From the NCBI GenBank assembly GCA_012295275.1, contig CM022679.1, forward strand, positions 26,846,001-26,910,000: 64,000 nucleotides of DNA, written 5' to 3'. Shown in pieces: positions 12,801 to 25,142 of the stretch. The notes beneath the pieces are model-generated. The model had not been told where the DNA came from. It was given only the letters and a program-made list of their open reading frames with translations, and did not search any database. Positions within the stretch are counted from its first letter, which is position 1; each line of letters starts with the position of its first letter. The position numbers were made by a program, and so were the translations under genes. The stretch is from Chrysomallon squamiferum. Its lineage: Eukaryota; Animalia; Mollusca.

Positions 12801-15372
12801 TGAAATATTATTAACCAACACACACATACACACACACATACATATTTACATAAGTGCACACATGCATATACACACACACACACAAACAAACACAAACACT
12901 ACACATGTATACACAATCACAGACCCACTGATTAATACTGTAGCTTTAACATTTTATTATGTGATGTTTAGATACAAACACACACCTGTCATTTATACAA
13001 AAACATACATACAAGTCTATTTACATTACAATCATAATGTATTAAATACTGGTAGGAGTGGTATCATCTTGAATCACAATGTTGTATCTATATATTCACA
13101 ATCATCGAGTTCTCTGACTGTTCAGATTGTTGAAGTACATAACATGTAATGATAAACATTTTTCAGTTATCGTGGTCATAATAAAATTGTTGTGACTTTG
13201 TTTGTATTTATGGCTTTATTGTTATTTGAAATTGGTAAGAAAAGCTCTCACCCTGAAAGCTGATATTTCATTACAATTTAGCCATGACTCAAAAAATACA
13301 AACAGCAACACAGACATTAACAGTTTGGACTCTTGTTATTTTTTAAAGCTAATTTGAAAAGTAGATTTTAAGACAAATCAACATAGCAAATCTGTGTGTG
13401 TGTGTGTGTGTGTGTGTGTTTGTGTGTGTTTCAATTATGATGACTTGTCTTAAATTATGGTTTTCTTATTTGTTTATAAATATAAATATGACTTAACTGC
13501 AAAAACTTTAATAACAACAATCTTCACCATTTCTACGAGCAAGATTGGTTGGCTATAAAATAGAACATGGAGTACAAATTAAATGAAAATATAAAAAGAT
13601 AAAACTTGAAACTTATTTTGTTAATTCTTAATTATAAAAATGTGTACCAGTTTAGTCCACTGTAATTCCAGTTTCTGAACAAATTGAATTGATTTTACAT
13701 TCCTGAGTGGGTACTGACTTATTTTAGTTTTTGTGTTTTGTCGAACAAAAGTAGCTCTGTTTTTCAGGAGTTTTTAGTTTTGATTTTATAAATCTATGAC
13801 CTGTATTTCAAGTCTCTGAACATACGAATTTGAATCATATCCTTGTTTCGTGCAGGTTTTTTATTTTTTGTTGTTGTTGTTTTGTACGGTTTTTATGTTG
13901 CATTTTTTGCTGTTGGTAGTGATAATATAATGAAATTATATAACCATATTGAGGAAATGTGCTGTATTTCATCTGATCATTGTTTTCAAATTATTTTTTT
14001 GTTAAGTCTGTTCACTGTTTTGTGGAATTGTTCATTCTTTCATGAAGTCTGTTAATTGTTTTCTAGAATAGGTTATTCATTTGTCAGCATGTTGTTCACT
14101 GTGTTGTGGAACTGTTCACAATTTGATGAGGTTCATTCACATTTACAATTTAAGTTACTGAGCAGAAACTTATATATTATGTTATTAATATCTGTGTAAT
14201 ATATTACTACATTTCAGTTATGTTGCAACTGCTTTTAAATAAGCCAGCACAGATTGAAGTGCAAGAAAAAGGCAAGACAAAGAAGAGGAATTTATTCCAA
14301 ATGTGTAGAAACAGACCTGAAAAAGACATTATGAAAGATGTAAGAAAATTGTACTATACCTTTCTTTTATTATAAACAAGATGATTTGTTTGCTTCAGAA
14401 TTCTTACAAATTTTTTTAGTAAGCATATTTCATTGTGTGAAATTTAGTATTTCAGTTTTTTAGGCTTTAGATTGAAGCTAAAATCCCTCTTTTGTTTCAT
14501 CTTTCAGGTAGCCAGGGGAGAGTAAAATGTTTAGTCTTTTTGGCGTTTAACCTAACTGTGTTATGGTAGCTGAAACTGAATATGCTGCTGTTTTTCTGTC
14601 AGCCAATTTTATGAAGAGGCACTGACTTCACATGTTGTTATTTTAATAACCTGGTGTGCTTCCAGTGATAAAAGTTAGCCCCTTTAAAGTGCCAAAGTCT
14701 CAACCATCCAATGTACCAAAGCTAATTTATCAAAAGTTGTGGTGTTTTCTCTCTGGTCAGTGGAAAGTTGAATGAAAAAGAATCACTGATCTGGTCACAG
14801 AGGGAAAACAAAATGGGTGAAGTTGGAATCCTAGCAGTGCTGTAGCAATTCTATAAGTTACACAAAAAGTTAATAATAAAATGTACTCAGATACCAGTCA
14901 TCAGTATTTCACGGTTGTGTATTTCACTTTTGCTGTATTTTTTATTTTTTATTTTTTTCAGGCTAAAGAACAACACAAAGATTGGCCAGAAGAATCATTA
15001 AAGAAATTTGTCAACTTAGCATGGCAGGCAATAGCTGTTGCTGATGATCGAATTACTCTTGATAGTCTCTCTGGACAGCTGCGTGTGAGTTGGTCTGCAG
15101 ATATAAGTATCAGATTGAATTCCTTTAAGCATTGTTGATTTGAGAAAACTGATTTCATTTCCAATTAGTTTGAAATATGTTAATAATTAATTCTCCAGTC
15201 AAACTCTAGGAAGCCAAAACAAAAGAACATTATTAAAATAAACCATGTTTAACTTTTCATAATATCATTTCTGTCCTCTATAACACTGGTTTTTATTTTT
15301 TTATTTTATGTTATTTTGCTATTTAATTTTATTTAATTTTTTTTATTTTCATTAATAAATTAATTTATTATT

Positions 15373-15411
<39 letters not shown>

Positions 15412-17624
15412 ATTATTATTATTATATGTCAATGAAGGGACACGTTATTACTTGTAAAATATTCATGTTACTTTCAGTCCAATGTTTTATACAGACACTA
15501 ACATTTCAAAATTTGTTTTCATTCTTTTACTATTTTTGTAACTGGGAGAGAAGGAATCTATAATAAATTGTATTGCTTGTGAAATATTTATTTTAATTTT
15601 TTAACAATTTGATTTATTTTTAAACAGGAACTTCTCAATAGTGCCAGTGCTGAATTGTGGAAATGTCCTTCACAGTTGACAATGTGTTTGTCTTGTTTTG
15701 GCCACCCAATAGGTTAGTTTTATCTGTGGTTTTAGGATAGTTAAGATATTTGCAACAATTTGATATCAGATGATTCTTTTAAAAAGATTAAGTTTTTGAA
15801 ATTTGGCAGCTGTTCAGTATATAGATAGACAGATATATATATTTTATTATTTCAGTGAAGCTGAAGCCACATTCTCGAAAATGCAATGACAACTGTGCTC
15901 GCTTTTGCATGGACTGTCTTTCCAGAAGCCAAGAAAACCCACTGTTCTGTCCACAGCATGGGGAATGTCAACCACCAATTGGTAAGTACCTTAGTATTTT
16001 TTCTGTGTTGTCAGTAACATTTGTAATCAGTGTTAACTTTAGAAATTACATTGTCAGTAGACACACTTCAAATATGGTTAACTTAGCTTATTCACACACA
16101 AGCACGCATGCACGCACGTGCACACACACACACACACACACAGTTGACTCCATTATGTTTAATCCGATTGCTGTCTACTTTGAATTTTGGATGTAAGTTC
16201 CAGAACAAAAGAATCAGTTGTATAGTAATCAGTTCTGCCAACATACAATTTTTGAACAAATATGGCAGTTTGCACACTTAATAAACAATGATGTACTTTT
16301 TGTAATTACTATAGGCATCTAAAACAACAAAATAATTATTACTGTGTTGATACCTAAGTGAATTCAGATTTAGATTTAGGGTCAAAATACCTATGCTGCA
16401 CACTTTGCATTGTCTTACTGAATTCTTCATAACAGCAGAGTGATCTAAGAAATAGCAATGTATAGAACTTTCTAAACCAAAATTAATAGAAGATTTAGCT
16501 ATGCAGGGTTCTTGCTGTGCTAGAAAAACAGGGAGAAGTGAGATTTTGTATAGGTTAAATGAAACAATATGACAAAACCAAACCATTGTCACAAAACTAA
16601 AATTAAACATGTATATATGTATATTGATATTCCACTTCTGATAAAACACAGTTTTCAACAAGATATTTTTTATACAGACATTAATTATAAAATTATTTAA
16701 TAAAAGGTTTATTCTTACATTTGTTTAGAATTACATGCAGCCTTCTCTGTTCGGTATTGGACCTCTACTTATGTTAGTTTGTTAATTTTAATCTTTTCTG
16801 TACATGTAATTCTGTACAGTCAGTTATCCAGTTCACCTCAGTTAATTTAATTGTATACAAGTTAAAAGAACTGTGTTTATCATCAGCCTCTAATCACAAC
16901 AGTAAACAATGCATTTTTTGTAGCTATTCAGACAGTTGGTCATATGATTCATTAATACATATAATTTGATGGAAATAACAGAAATCTGCTAGTGCAGCAA
17001 AATGAGTGTCAGTACTTTTTAACTTCCAAGTGATATAAATAAAGAAAGAAAGAAAGAAAGAAAACAGAAATTAAAACAAAAAAAATGTAGAAAGCAAAAA
17101 TGGAAATTTAAACTTTGCTATTGGTTTAAAGTAAGGCAAAGTTTAGTACAAAAGGGTAAGTATTTTGCCCATGTTGCCCCCTCACATGAACCCTGACTAC
17201 GCAATTTAAAATATGAAGACAAACAATATCTTAAAATTTAGTGACCATTATCAGAAAGTGTATGAAACCAACTTTTCGGCAGAGAATAACAACCAGAAAA
17301 TTAAAAAATCTGAATGGATTGAAGATAAACACAATGACTGATCTTTCATATGTAGATGTTCTTAAAGACATAAATCAAATTAAATCCACTGGCAGACTTT
17401 TCCACCCATGTTAAACATGGAGGCCATGATACAGTGGTTGGCTTTGAGAGAAATATGAAATACTGTGATAACTAATAGATTATTTTCAGTCAACCTTTGA
17501 TAGATGTTTAACTGTAGCATTTATAATATTTAAAATATATTCCAATTTAATTTTTAATCTTTATAAACAAGCAGTTATCTAAACAGCTTGTGTCATTGGT
17601 CCCAAGTGAATCTGATTTTGACAG

Positions 17625-17658
<34 letters not shown>

Positions 17659-19566
17659 TGCATGCATTCATACAGACATGCCAGTGTATATACATACATA
17701 CATACTTAGAGATGTAGACACACAGACACACAGACCCCATATACACACACAGTCATGCATTCATACATACATACATATTAATAGACATATCGACACACAA
17801 ATACACACACACTCGCACAGATCTACAGTAAAAGGAACGTCACAACAATTTGGGATGAAAATGGTTACGAATAATAATCATAAAAATTGCTCACGTGGAA
17901 AATTTACTGAAGTACATACTATGCTGATCCATTTTATTTTGTGCTATGAATTACAGACTTGTAACTCGTTAGTTTACATCATATAACTGTTCTTTCATAA
18001 TCTTGTGTCCCTGTCATTCAGTAGCCATTGCCTTCATCTGATTTCTTTATGAAAATAAAATGATTTCACTTCAGGTCACAATAACATATTTGTCCTGATG
18101 GTTTCTGGAATTGGTAAAAATCCAAAGGAGAAAATTATACTTAATTCAGATATTGATAGAATGAAAGAAATTCTGGAGGATAAACATATCATTGGTGTCA
18201 GGTAAACTTTCTTTTTATTATTGCTACTGCTTATCCAAAATCCTTGGTCACAAACCAAATCATAATGACAGTGTTCATTCGTTACACTTCATGAATTTGC
18301 AAATCAGTTACTGGTTTCCCTTTACTAGGTTAAAAATAAAATAATCTACAAAGAAATGTAATGTGTAAGCATAAAACAGCACATAATTGTGGTTGATTCG
18401 TTATGCACTTCTAAACTAAGAAAAACTGCCCAAAATTTGCAATGTTCTCTAGTCAAATAAAAACATTTAGAAACGGGTTTAGAGATATTTTATAGTTATG
18501 GGTTTAGATAGATGTGCAAGTGATATTAAATTGACATTGCACAATATAAATAAATATACTAATATATTTAATTAATAAATTGTAAACATCATGTTTGACT
18601 TTTATCAAGTCAGATATCAAAAATAAAGAATGTTAAATTATTATATAAACAAATTTTAGATAATCTCATAATGTTTTATCATTGGGCAGCATCTGTTAGT
18701 AATGAACTCATATTTTTGATTTGCAGTTACATGTACATATTTATTAAAATCTGTAATAAAAAATAATAATTAATTTGTTAGAGAAAGCATTTATCATATC
18801 ATAAATACTTTTTTCATTTGTTCAATTTTAGTCTGAATTAGTTGTTTATCATATATATTTTTATTATTTCCTTGTTTTTAAAAACTTTTTCAGTCCTGAT
18901 AATATAACAGTGATCCGTGGAAATGCTGATAAAAACAGTATTTTAAGTGCTGTTCATAAGATCAAGAAAAAAGTGGAAGGCCAGTTTGAAAGTCTTTTCA
19001 TATTTTACTATACTGGACACCACAATACAGAAAGGGAATTTTTAACTGATAATCAGGAAGAAAATTATCTGAAAGAAGAGGAACTGAAAGATCATTTCCG
19101 ACAACTGAATGCCAAATACATGTTGTTCATATTGGACACTTGTTATAGTGGGGGTGCTGACATTGGTGCAAAGGGAAATCATCCAGGTTACTCACCTCCC
19201 CGCCTTTGGGATCTTTTTGAGTCAGATTTGCAGGCAAAAGGAGAAATATCTAGCTGTGTTGTTCAATGGTCTTCATCAGTGAAAAACCAGGAGTCTTATT
19301 ATAAAGGAAACCTGAGTGCTTTTACCTCTGCAATCATCAGTCAGCTGAAAAATGAATGTGTCATTTCTTGTAAAGGCTGTTCATCCTGTAATGGTTTTCA
19401 CGAAAGTGCAAAACAAAAGGGCTATATTGACCTTAAAGAACTACATGACTCTGTTAAGTATCATGTTAGGAAAAGTACGAGTGGAAAACAGCTACCAGAA
19501 TTACGTAAAAAACCAGAAGATGCATTTATCCCACCATTTGCATATTATGTTCATAAAGATATGTAA
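715..19566 (+). CDS. Gene A (5'-partial): IRAK/Pelle-like kinase - RING-like - pseudokinase - RING-like - caspase-like (C14, metacaspase-type) protease
   Basis: GT-AG exons with consistent phases: 715-794, 1549-1713, 2053-2267, 5939-6060, 6743-6865, 7672-7756, 8241-8366 (module 1); 9602-9838, 10172-10239, 11305-11384, 12090-12242, 12585-12790, 14218-14339, 14962-15084, 15628-15712, 15856-15981 (module 2); 18075-18201, 18894-19566 (protease, TAA). Motifs HRDVKPAN/HRDVKASN, LSDPGIAR, GTPGYxDPD, DVFGLGV, CxSC..C..C..FCxxC..CPQH, FYYTGH, ILDTCYSG. Joining modules 1 and 2 into one gene is inferred from phase-1 compatibility and the lack of any protease exon or stop-bearing terminal exon between them. 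Confidence 0.8.
3024..4925 (-). mobile_element. Tc1/mariner DNA transposon remnant in an intron of gene A
   Basis: 26-bp TIRs: TACTCTAACAAAAAAGAAACGCAAAA at 3024 and its reverse complement with 2 mismatches ending at 4925. TA TSD at 3022-3023 and 4926-4927. ORF 3264-3548(-) has Tc1 DDE C-terminal motifs (FHHHNARQH, WPSKSPDLNPIGHLW) with the acidic residues degraded. The paralogous intron has the empty TA site at 34407-34408. Confidence 0.92.
3816..4855. mobile_element. Non-autonomous TIR element (hAT-like) nested inside the Tc1 remnant
   Basis: Imperfect terminal inverted repeats CAGGTACCGGCAG / CTGCCAGTACCTA, flanked by the direct repeat ATTGATA on both sides. No long ORF. Confidence 0.6.
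7672..8366 (+). CDS. RING-like Cys/His zinc-binding domain, copy 1 (two exons), part of gene A
   Basis: Spliced MCVSCFGQPIVKLKPHSPNCNENCARFCHNCLSRSQENPLFCPQH. The spacing CxxC...CxxxC-xxx-CxxC-x10-CPxH resembles a variant RING, and these Cys/His positions are invariant in all three copies. Confidence 0.65.
9337..9523 (+). pseudogene. Decayed tandem copy (pseudo-exon) of the adjacent linker exon and its acceptor
   Basis: TAGTTATTAA-AATATCA--AGTATTTAATAT occurs at 9337 and 9524, each followed by ATCC-GAT..TTGTAG..TCAAAATGT..CCTGATAATTCA..AGCCAG-AGCT. The first copy is degraded. Confidence 0.6.
9602..15084 (+). CDS. Linker plus kinase domain copy 2, predicted pseudokinase, part of gene A
   Basis: G-loop LCSGGGKTVYKG; beta3 DVVLS (K in gene B); alphaC exon starts MKMAS (E in the other copies); HRDVKASN retained; DPG; activation loop 3 aa shorter. 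No stops or frameshifts in its exons. Confidence 0.85.
18075..19566 (+). CDS. Caspase-like (clan CD, C14) protease domain of gene A
   Basis: IFVLMVSG..NSDIDRMKEIL..LFIFYYTGHH..MLFILDTCYSG..WSSS..QESY..SAFT..LKELHDSV..QLP. His-Cys dyad present. Confidence 0.85.
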
Positions 19567-20039
19567 TTTCCTGCTAATAGTAAAAAAAAAAATAAAAAAT
19601 AAAAATAAATAAAACATTTTCAGTCAATATGACAGGTGACATTTTACCATCCCCTAGAAATATATCATTATAATAAAACAGTTACGTTCATAAAGATATA
19701 TAATTTCCTGCCGATTTAAAAAAGTTAATAAATAAATAAGAATAAAACTGTGGAAGCAGCTTCTACATAGCTGTTTTATTAATATAATGATGTTGAAAGA
19801 GAAAATAAGCAGCTTTCCAGCTCCAAGAGCTAGTGTATCAGTTAGTAGCAGAAAGATTCTTCAATCAAACAAGAAAGTATAAACCACTACTTTTTAAAAA
19901 CCGAACACGAGAGGTTCAGTGTATGGCTAAAGTGCAACAAATTACAGATGAACATGCTAGTGACATCATTATTAACCCACCCTTTTTTCCAGATCCAGGT
20001 TTATTAAAGGATAAGCAGTTGAAAGCAGTATCATTAATA

Positions 20040-20087
<48 letters not shown>

Positions 20088-21984
20088 GTAGATTTTCTCT
20101 ATTTGTTTTTTAATTACAGCAAATTAATATTTGTAAATAAAAGAAATAATTTGCCGAAGATGAAGCATATAAGTGTTGCATATTAATCTTCCATTATCAG
20201 TATGAGTATACTAAATATTCTAATCGGTATTTGTGATAATTTTATATATATATATATTGGGTTTTTTTAATCATTAAAAATTCTATTTTATAACAATAAT
20301 AATATTTATATATTTTAATAAAATATTTCTTTCGGATGTTTTTTGTTCTTTTTATGCTTTTCATTATTTTGTTTGTTAATTAAAAACAAAGATAGCTAAG
20401 ATGAATAACATTTGAACAATACAAGTCTGAGCAACTATGTATGTTATATCACATGTTTCTAAAGCACAGGCACAGCTGGAAACCAATTAAAAAAGAACTG
20501 AAGAGAATAAGGGGGAAAAAAATGATTGTACATTTTCCTTACAAATAATTTTTATTTTATTATATTATTATTTTATTTTTATTTTTTTTTTTGTTCCACA
20601 GTGTTGGATCAGGATATGGTTTAGCTTATAAATTATCACCTATCATAGCTGAGGTTAATTATATTCTAGTACAGTACAAAAAAATACCTTGTATCACCAT
20701 TGATCAGCATTCTAATTATCATTCAAGACATTATGAACCAAGTTACAGCTACCCTCAGAAAGATTTAAAAAAAAAAAAAAAAAAAACAGTTTACTTATCT
20801 ACAGTAATGGGTATACTAGGACTTTTTAAGATATATAAAGTTTAAATCCAGTTTGTATCAGGATTATTTTTTTATTAAGATACATGAATCCAGTCTTCAA
20901 GAAAAAACAAATATTAATAAAAATTGGCATTTCTTTTTTTATCTTCAATCTGTTAACCCAGTTTTCTTAAACTACCTGTTTACATGACACCAATCTCAAC
21001 GTGCCAGTGCCTGCATTATTGTATCTAAAGTCTGGTATTCAGTATAGTTCTAGTGTTTTGGGATTGTTATTATCAGCACTCGTATGCTGTGTATGTTAGT
21101 TGAGAATGAATTTTGGACCTTTGAAACTATCTTGAATACAAAATGAACTTAATGTGTTTTGGAAATTCAACTGGAACAAATCTCGTAGACAGTCTCTGTA
21201 TCTCAGTATGTATTGGTTATCAAGTTCACCATTTTCGGGATTGCAGAAATTAATAAAGATACTGAATTTAATGATTTTATCAAGCTCGCTGTTTTGGGGA
21301 TTCAAGAAATTAATAAAGATATCTGGATTAGAAATGTTAATATGTTCTGTCTTTGGGATTGCAGAAATAAATAAAAAAAATAGTGGGTTTAAAGGTATGT
21401 ACAAAAAAGTATTGCAAGCAAAAGACAATGTGGGATAATGATGGATAATGGATCCACAAATAAAAGGCTGTTGTAAATGTTGATTAGCTTCCTGACACAG
21501 AGCAGCTGCAGTTCATCTACATCTGTCTCATCTTCAACTTCAGAACTATTCTTGACAACAATTTTATCATCCCCTTTCGAGAAAATGTCCCACAATTCTA
21601 AAATAATCGTTTTTCCCCTTTGTTCAAGTTGTTCATCTGTGATATTTGTTTTTGTGAGAAAGAATCAAATTTGAATTATGAAAGAGATGAGCTAGCCTGA
21701 ATATGTTTAAGAGTGACAGCTTTCAGTTCACATTAATGAGATTGTGTGGAACACAGTGAAACCAAAATATGCAAGAATAATTTGCACTTGTAAAAAATAA
21801 TTAAAAACAAACACTTATAAGTCCATTGCTTGTCTTAATCAAGTACTAGGGGTAGAAGGAGAATGCCAGCTGAAATGTGGCACTATAACGCTCATCTTAT
21901 TTGATCTGGACTGAATATTTCTCTTTGACTAAAGCATCCTTCTAAACAGATTCTGTTATTTTAGTTTTAGTTAATTATAAATTA

Positions 21985-22145
21985 ATCAAGACCATGCCTG
22001 TGTTGGAATTGTCATCCATCCATCATATGGACAGCTGTTGTTCACTAGTTACTGCCTGATAGATTTCAGGATCTGTTCTCCTCAGCTGACCCTTTATTTT
22101 TCTCCTTCCAGCACAGAAACAGGACTGCTTTTCTAAAGTATCTGT
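21985..22145 (+). repeat. Displaced copy of sequence just 3' of RPUSD1 (48807-48967)
   Basis: About 160 bp nearly identical by eye (CATGCCTGTGTTGGAATTGTCATCCATCC...AAGTATCTGT). Confidence 0.9.
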
Positions 22146-22173
22146 GAAGCTGCTTAAAACTTGCATCAATGTA

Positions 22174-23196
22174 ACAGGTGACATTTTATAATCATCTACA
22201 GGACTGTTTTATTATTAAGTAAAAAAGGAAATAAGCTGCTTTTCAGCTCCAAGAGCTAATTTGTCAGTTAATAGTAATTAGGTTCTTTAGTCAAATAAGG
22301 AAGAAAATATAAACCACTACTTTTTAAAAGGACACCAGACACCAGAGGTTCAGTTTATGGCTAAAGTGCAACAGATTACAGATCAACATGCTAGTGACAT
22401 CTTTCTGAACTTTTGATCCAGATCCAGGTTTATCAAAGCATAAGCAGTTGAAAGCAGTTCTCGTTAATATCATTATTATAATTAGGTGCAGATTTTCTGT
22501 ATTTGTTTTTTAATTACAACAAGTTATATTTGTAAATAAAGAGAAATAATTTACAAAAGATGGTGCATATAATTGCTGCAAATTAATATACTTTTATAAT
22601 CAATATTTGTGATAATTTTATAGAGATATTTTTTCTTTCTTTCAGTTTTTGTCTTTATCATTTTTTTTAAATCAGTTGTAACAGTAATAGTATTTATACA
22701 TATTAATAAAATATTTCTTTCAGATATTTTTGTATTTTCAAATTTTTCTTATTTTGTTTGTTAATTGAAAATAAAGATAGCTGAGATAAATAATATTTTT
22801 ATAACAATACAAGTTTGTGAAACTAAGTATGTTTTATCCCATGTTTCTAAAGTGCATTAAGAAAGTAGGAAAGGAAAGAAACGATTGTACATTTTCCTTA
22901 CAAGTAAACAAATAAAATGTTGAAATATTTATTATTATTATTATTATCTTTTTTTTTTTTTTTTTTTTTTTTTCGTTTTCGTTTTGTTGTATTAGGAAAT
23001 GGTCTAGCTTATGATTTACTACCTATAATATCTGAGGTAAATAATAGTTCAGGACAATACAAATAAACCATAGATCCACATTCTAATTATCATTATAAAT
23101 GAAGTTACATCTGCCCTTACTCATATATATTTTTTTTAAACTATATTTTCTACGATTTGTTAAGGTATAAAAAGTTTAAATCCTGTTTATATCAGG

Positions 23197-23259
<63 letters not shown>

Positions 23260-24455
23260 GAATCCAATTTGCACCAAACATTTTTTTTTTTTTTTTTCTT
23301 TTTTTATCTTTAATCTGTGACCCACAGTTGTTGTTTTTTAAAACTATCTCAGTTTATATGTCAACTATCTCAACATGCCGGTGCCTGTAGTTATTAGCAG
23401 TTACATATGAATAGTTGAATATGAATCTTGAACGTATGAAACTGTCTTGCATTCAAAATGGTATCTTGGAAATTTAACTTGAACAAATCTTGTAAACAGT
23501 CTCTGTTATCAAGTTGACTGTCATTGGGGACTGCAGAAATAAATAAAAATACTGGGTTTAAAGATATGTACAAACAATATGTGTCCTGACTGTTTTCCAA
23601 GCTAAAGACAATGTTGGACGACGATGGGTAATCAATCCACAAATAACGATGTGCCTAGCAGCTGTTGTTAATGTTGTTTAGCTTCCTGGCACACAGTAGC
23701 TGCAATCCATCTATAACTCTGTCTCATCTTCAGCTTCTAAACTATTTTTGACACCATTTTTATCATCTGCTTTCGAGAAAATGCACTGAAATTCTAAAGT
23801 AAAGTCTGTTTTATCCCCTTGGTCAAGTTGTTCATTTGTGATATCTGTTTAAGAAAAATCTGTTTTTTAATGATAACGCAACCAAATCGTAATTCTGATA
23901 CTAATGAACTATTCTGAATCTCTTCAAGAGTGACAGCTTGCAGTTCACATGAAAGAGATTGTGCGGAACACAGTGAAATCAAAATAATGTGAGAATAATT
24001 TGTAAAAAATAATTAAAACCAAACACTCAGATGATAATAAACTATTGAAATATTTTATATCATCTTAATTCTGATTTGTGGAACATTTTGAATCCTGTAA
24101 TTACCTGTAAGTACACACACAGTTGAGCAAATATCCATATCTAATTAAAACCAAATGTTGGAGCTCAGTTGATTTTTGGAGATTGTGAATTACTACATAC
24201 ACCAAAATTCAGCATTGGACCACAAATACTCCAGTTCTTGTCCACTTGTCTTAGTAACAGAAAGTATTTAGAGGTGGTGGGAATGCCAGTTTACATCACT
24301 CGTATTTTGTTCATTCATTCTTTTTCTCAAAGAATTACTTGATGGAAATTTGTTTTGAAGTCCAGTATCAAGGAGTCTGTATGAGATTACTTTTTGCTGT
24401 ATAAAATGAGGAAAGGTAAGGGAGCTGGTGGCATTTCTTTAAATAGCTATTTAAG
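22174..24455 (+). repeat. Older, diverged third copy of the 3' flank of the kinase-protease genes
   Basis: Colinear similarity of 22174-24030 to 19632-21820 and 41090-43225, and of 24045-24455 to 43448-43885. No protease exon precedes it. Confidence 0.8.
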
Positions 24456-24849
24456 CAGAGATTTTCAAACTTTATCTAACTATACCCCTTAGAGAAAATA
24501 GTTGATGCGTACCCCTTTTCAAATAGTGTATTATGGCATCTGGTCAGTTACTACGTGAGCAATATATAATGCAAAATTATAATTTTAGAAAAAGATACAA
24601 CACCACCAACATCAACAGCAATAATAATAATAATAATATGAAGAAGAAGAATTAATAATAATTATATTGATGTTGTTTGGTGTCAAAATTATTTGAGGAT
24701 CAGGCGAGGACAATTATTATTCTTTAAATGGCATCCTGTATAAATACTGTTTTTGCATCCGCCTTCATACAGTTTTTCTCACGTACCCCCATAGTGACCG
24801 ACTACTTGTGTTCCAGAGGTGAGCGTGGGTACCAGTTTGAAAACCTCTG
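24456..24849. mobile_element. hAT/Charlie-like MITE
   Basis: 16-bp TIRs CAGAGATTTTCAAACT / AGTTTGAAAACCTCTG (1 mismatch). No clear TSD. Confidence 0.55.
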
Positions 24850-25106
24850 GTGTATATGTTGAAATTTAACAACATGGAATCACAAAGATGCGATGCAGAA
24901 TGATACAACTGGCTAATATTTTGTCAATGTGGAAAGTTCGCAATATAGCTCCTGTTCATGATCATGTACATTAGAACTGTTGCTGTAATTTTACAGATTA
25001 TGTAGAAAATTTCAGCGACAGAACATATTACTAACCATTACTGTCCGGTTCTTTCTTGTGATTTTTGTGGCATTGCAGAGAATAGAAGACGACATGCACA
25101 CTCTAA

Positions 25107-25142
<36 letters not shown>

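Noticed and set aside
12549-12839. Minus-strand ORFs here and at 33705-33944, 6739-6990, 18076-18258 and 39533-39715
   Set aside because: Antisense shadows of real plus-strand exons.
17588-17986. His/Thr-rich 132-aa ORF, and similar ORFs at 38937-39209 and 12862-13149
   Set aside because: (CA)n and (CATA)n microsatellite inside introns.
19833-20186. ORF conserved at 41294-41623
   Set aside because: It lies in the recently duplicated 3' flank, contains an ATT microsatellite, and is disrupted in the third copy. Conservation reflects DNA identity.
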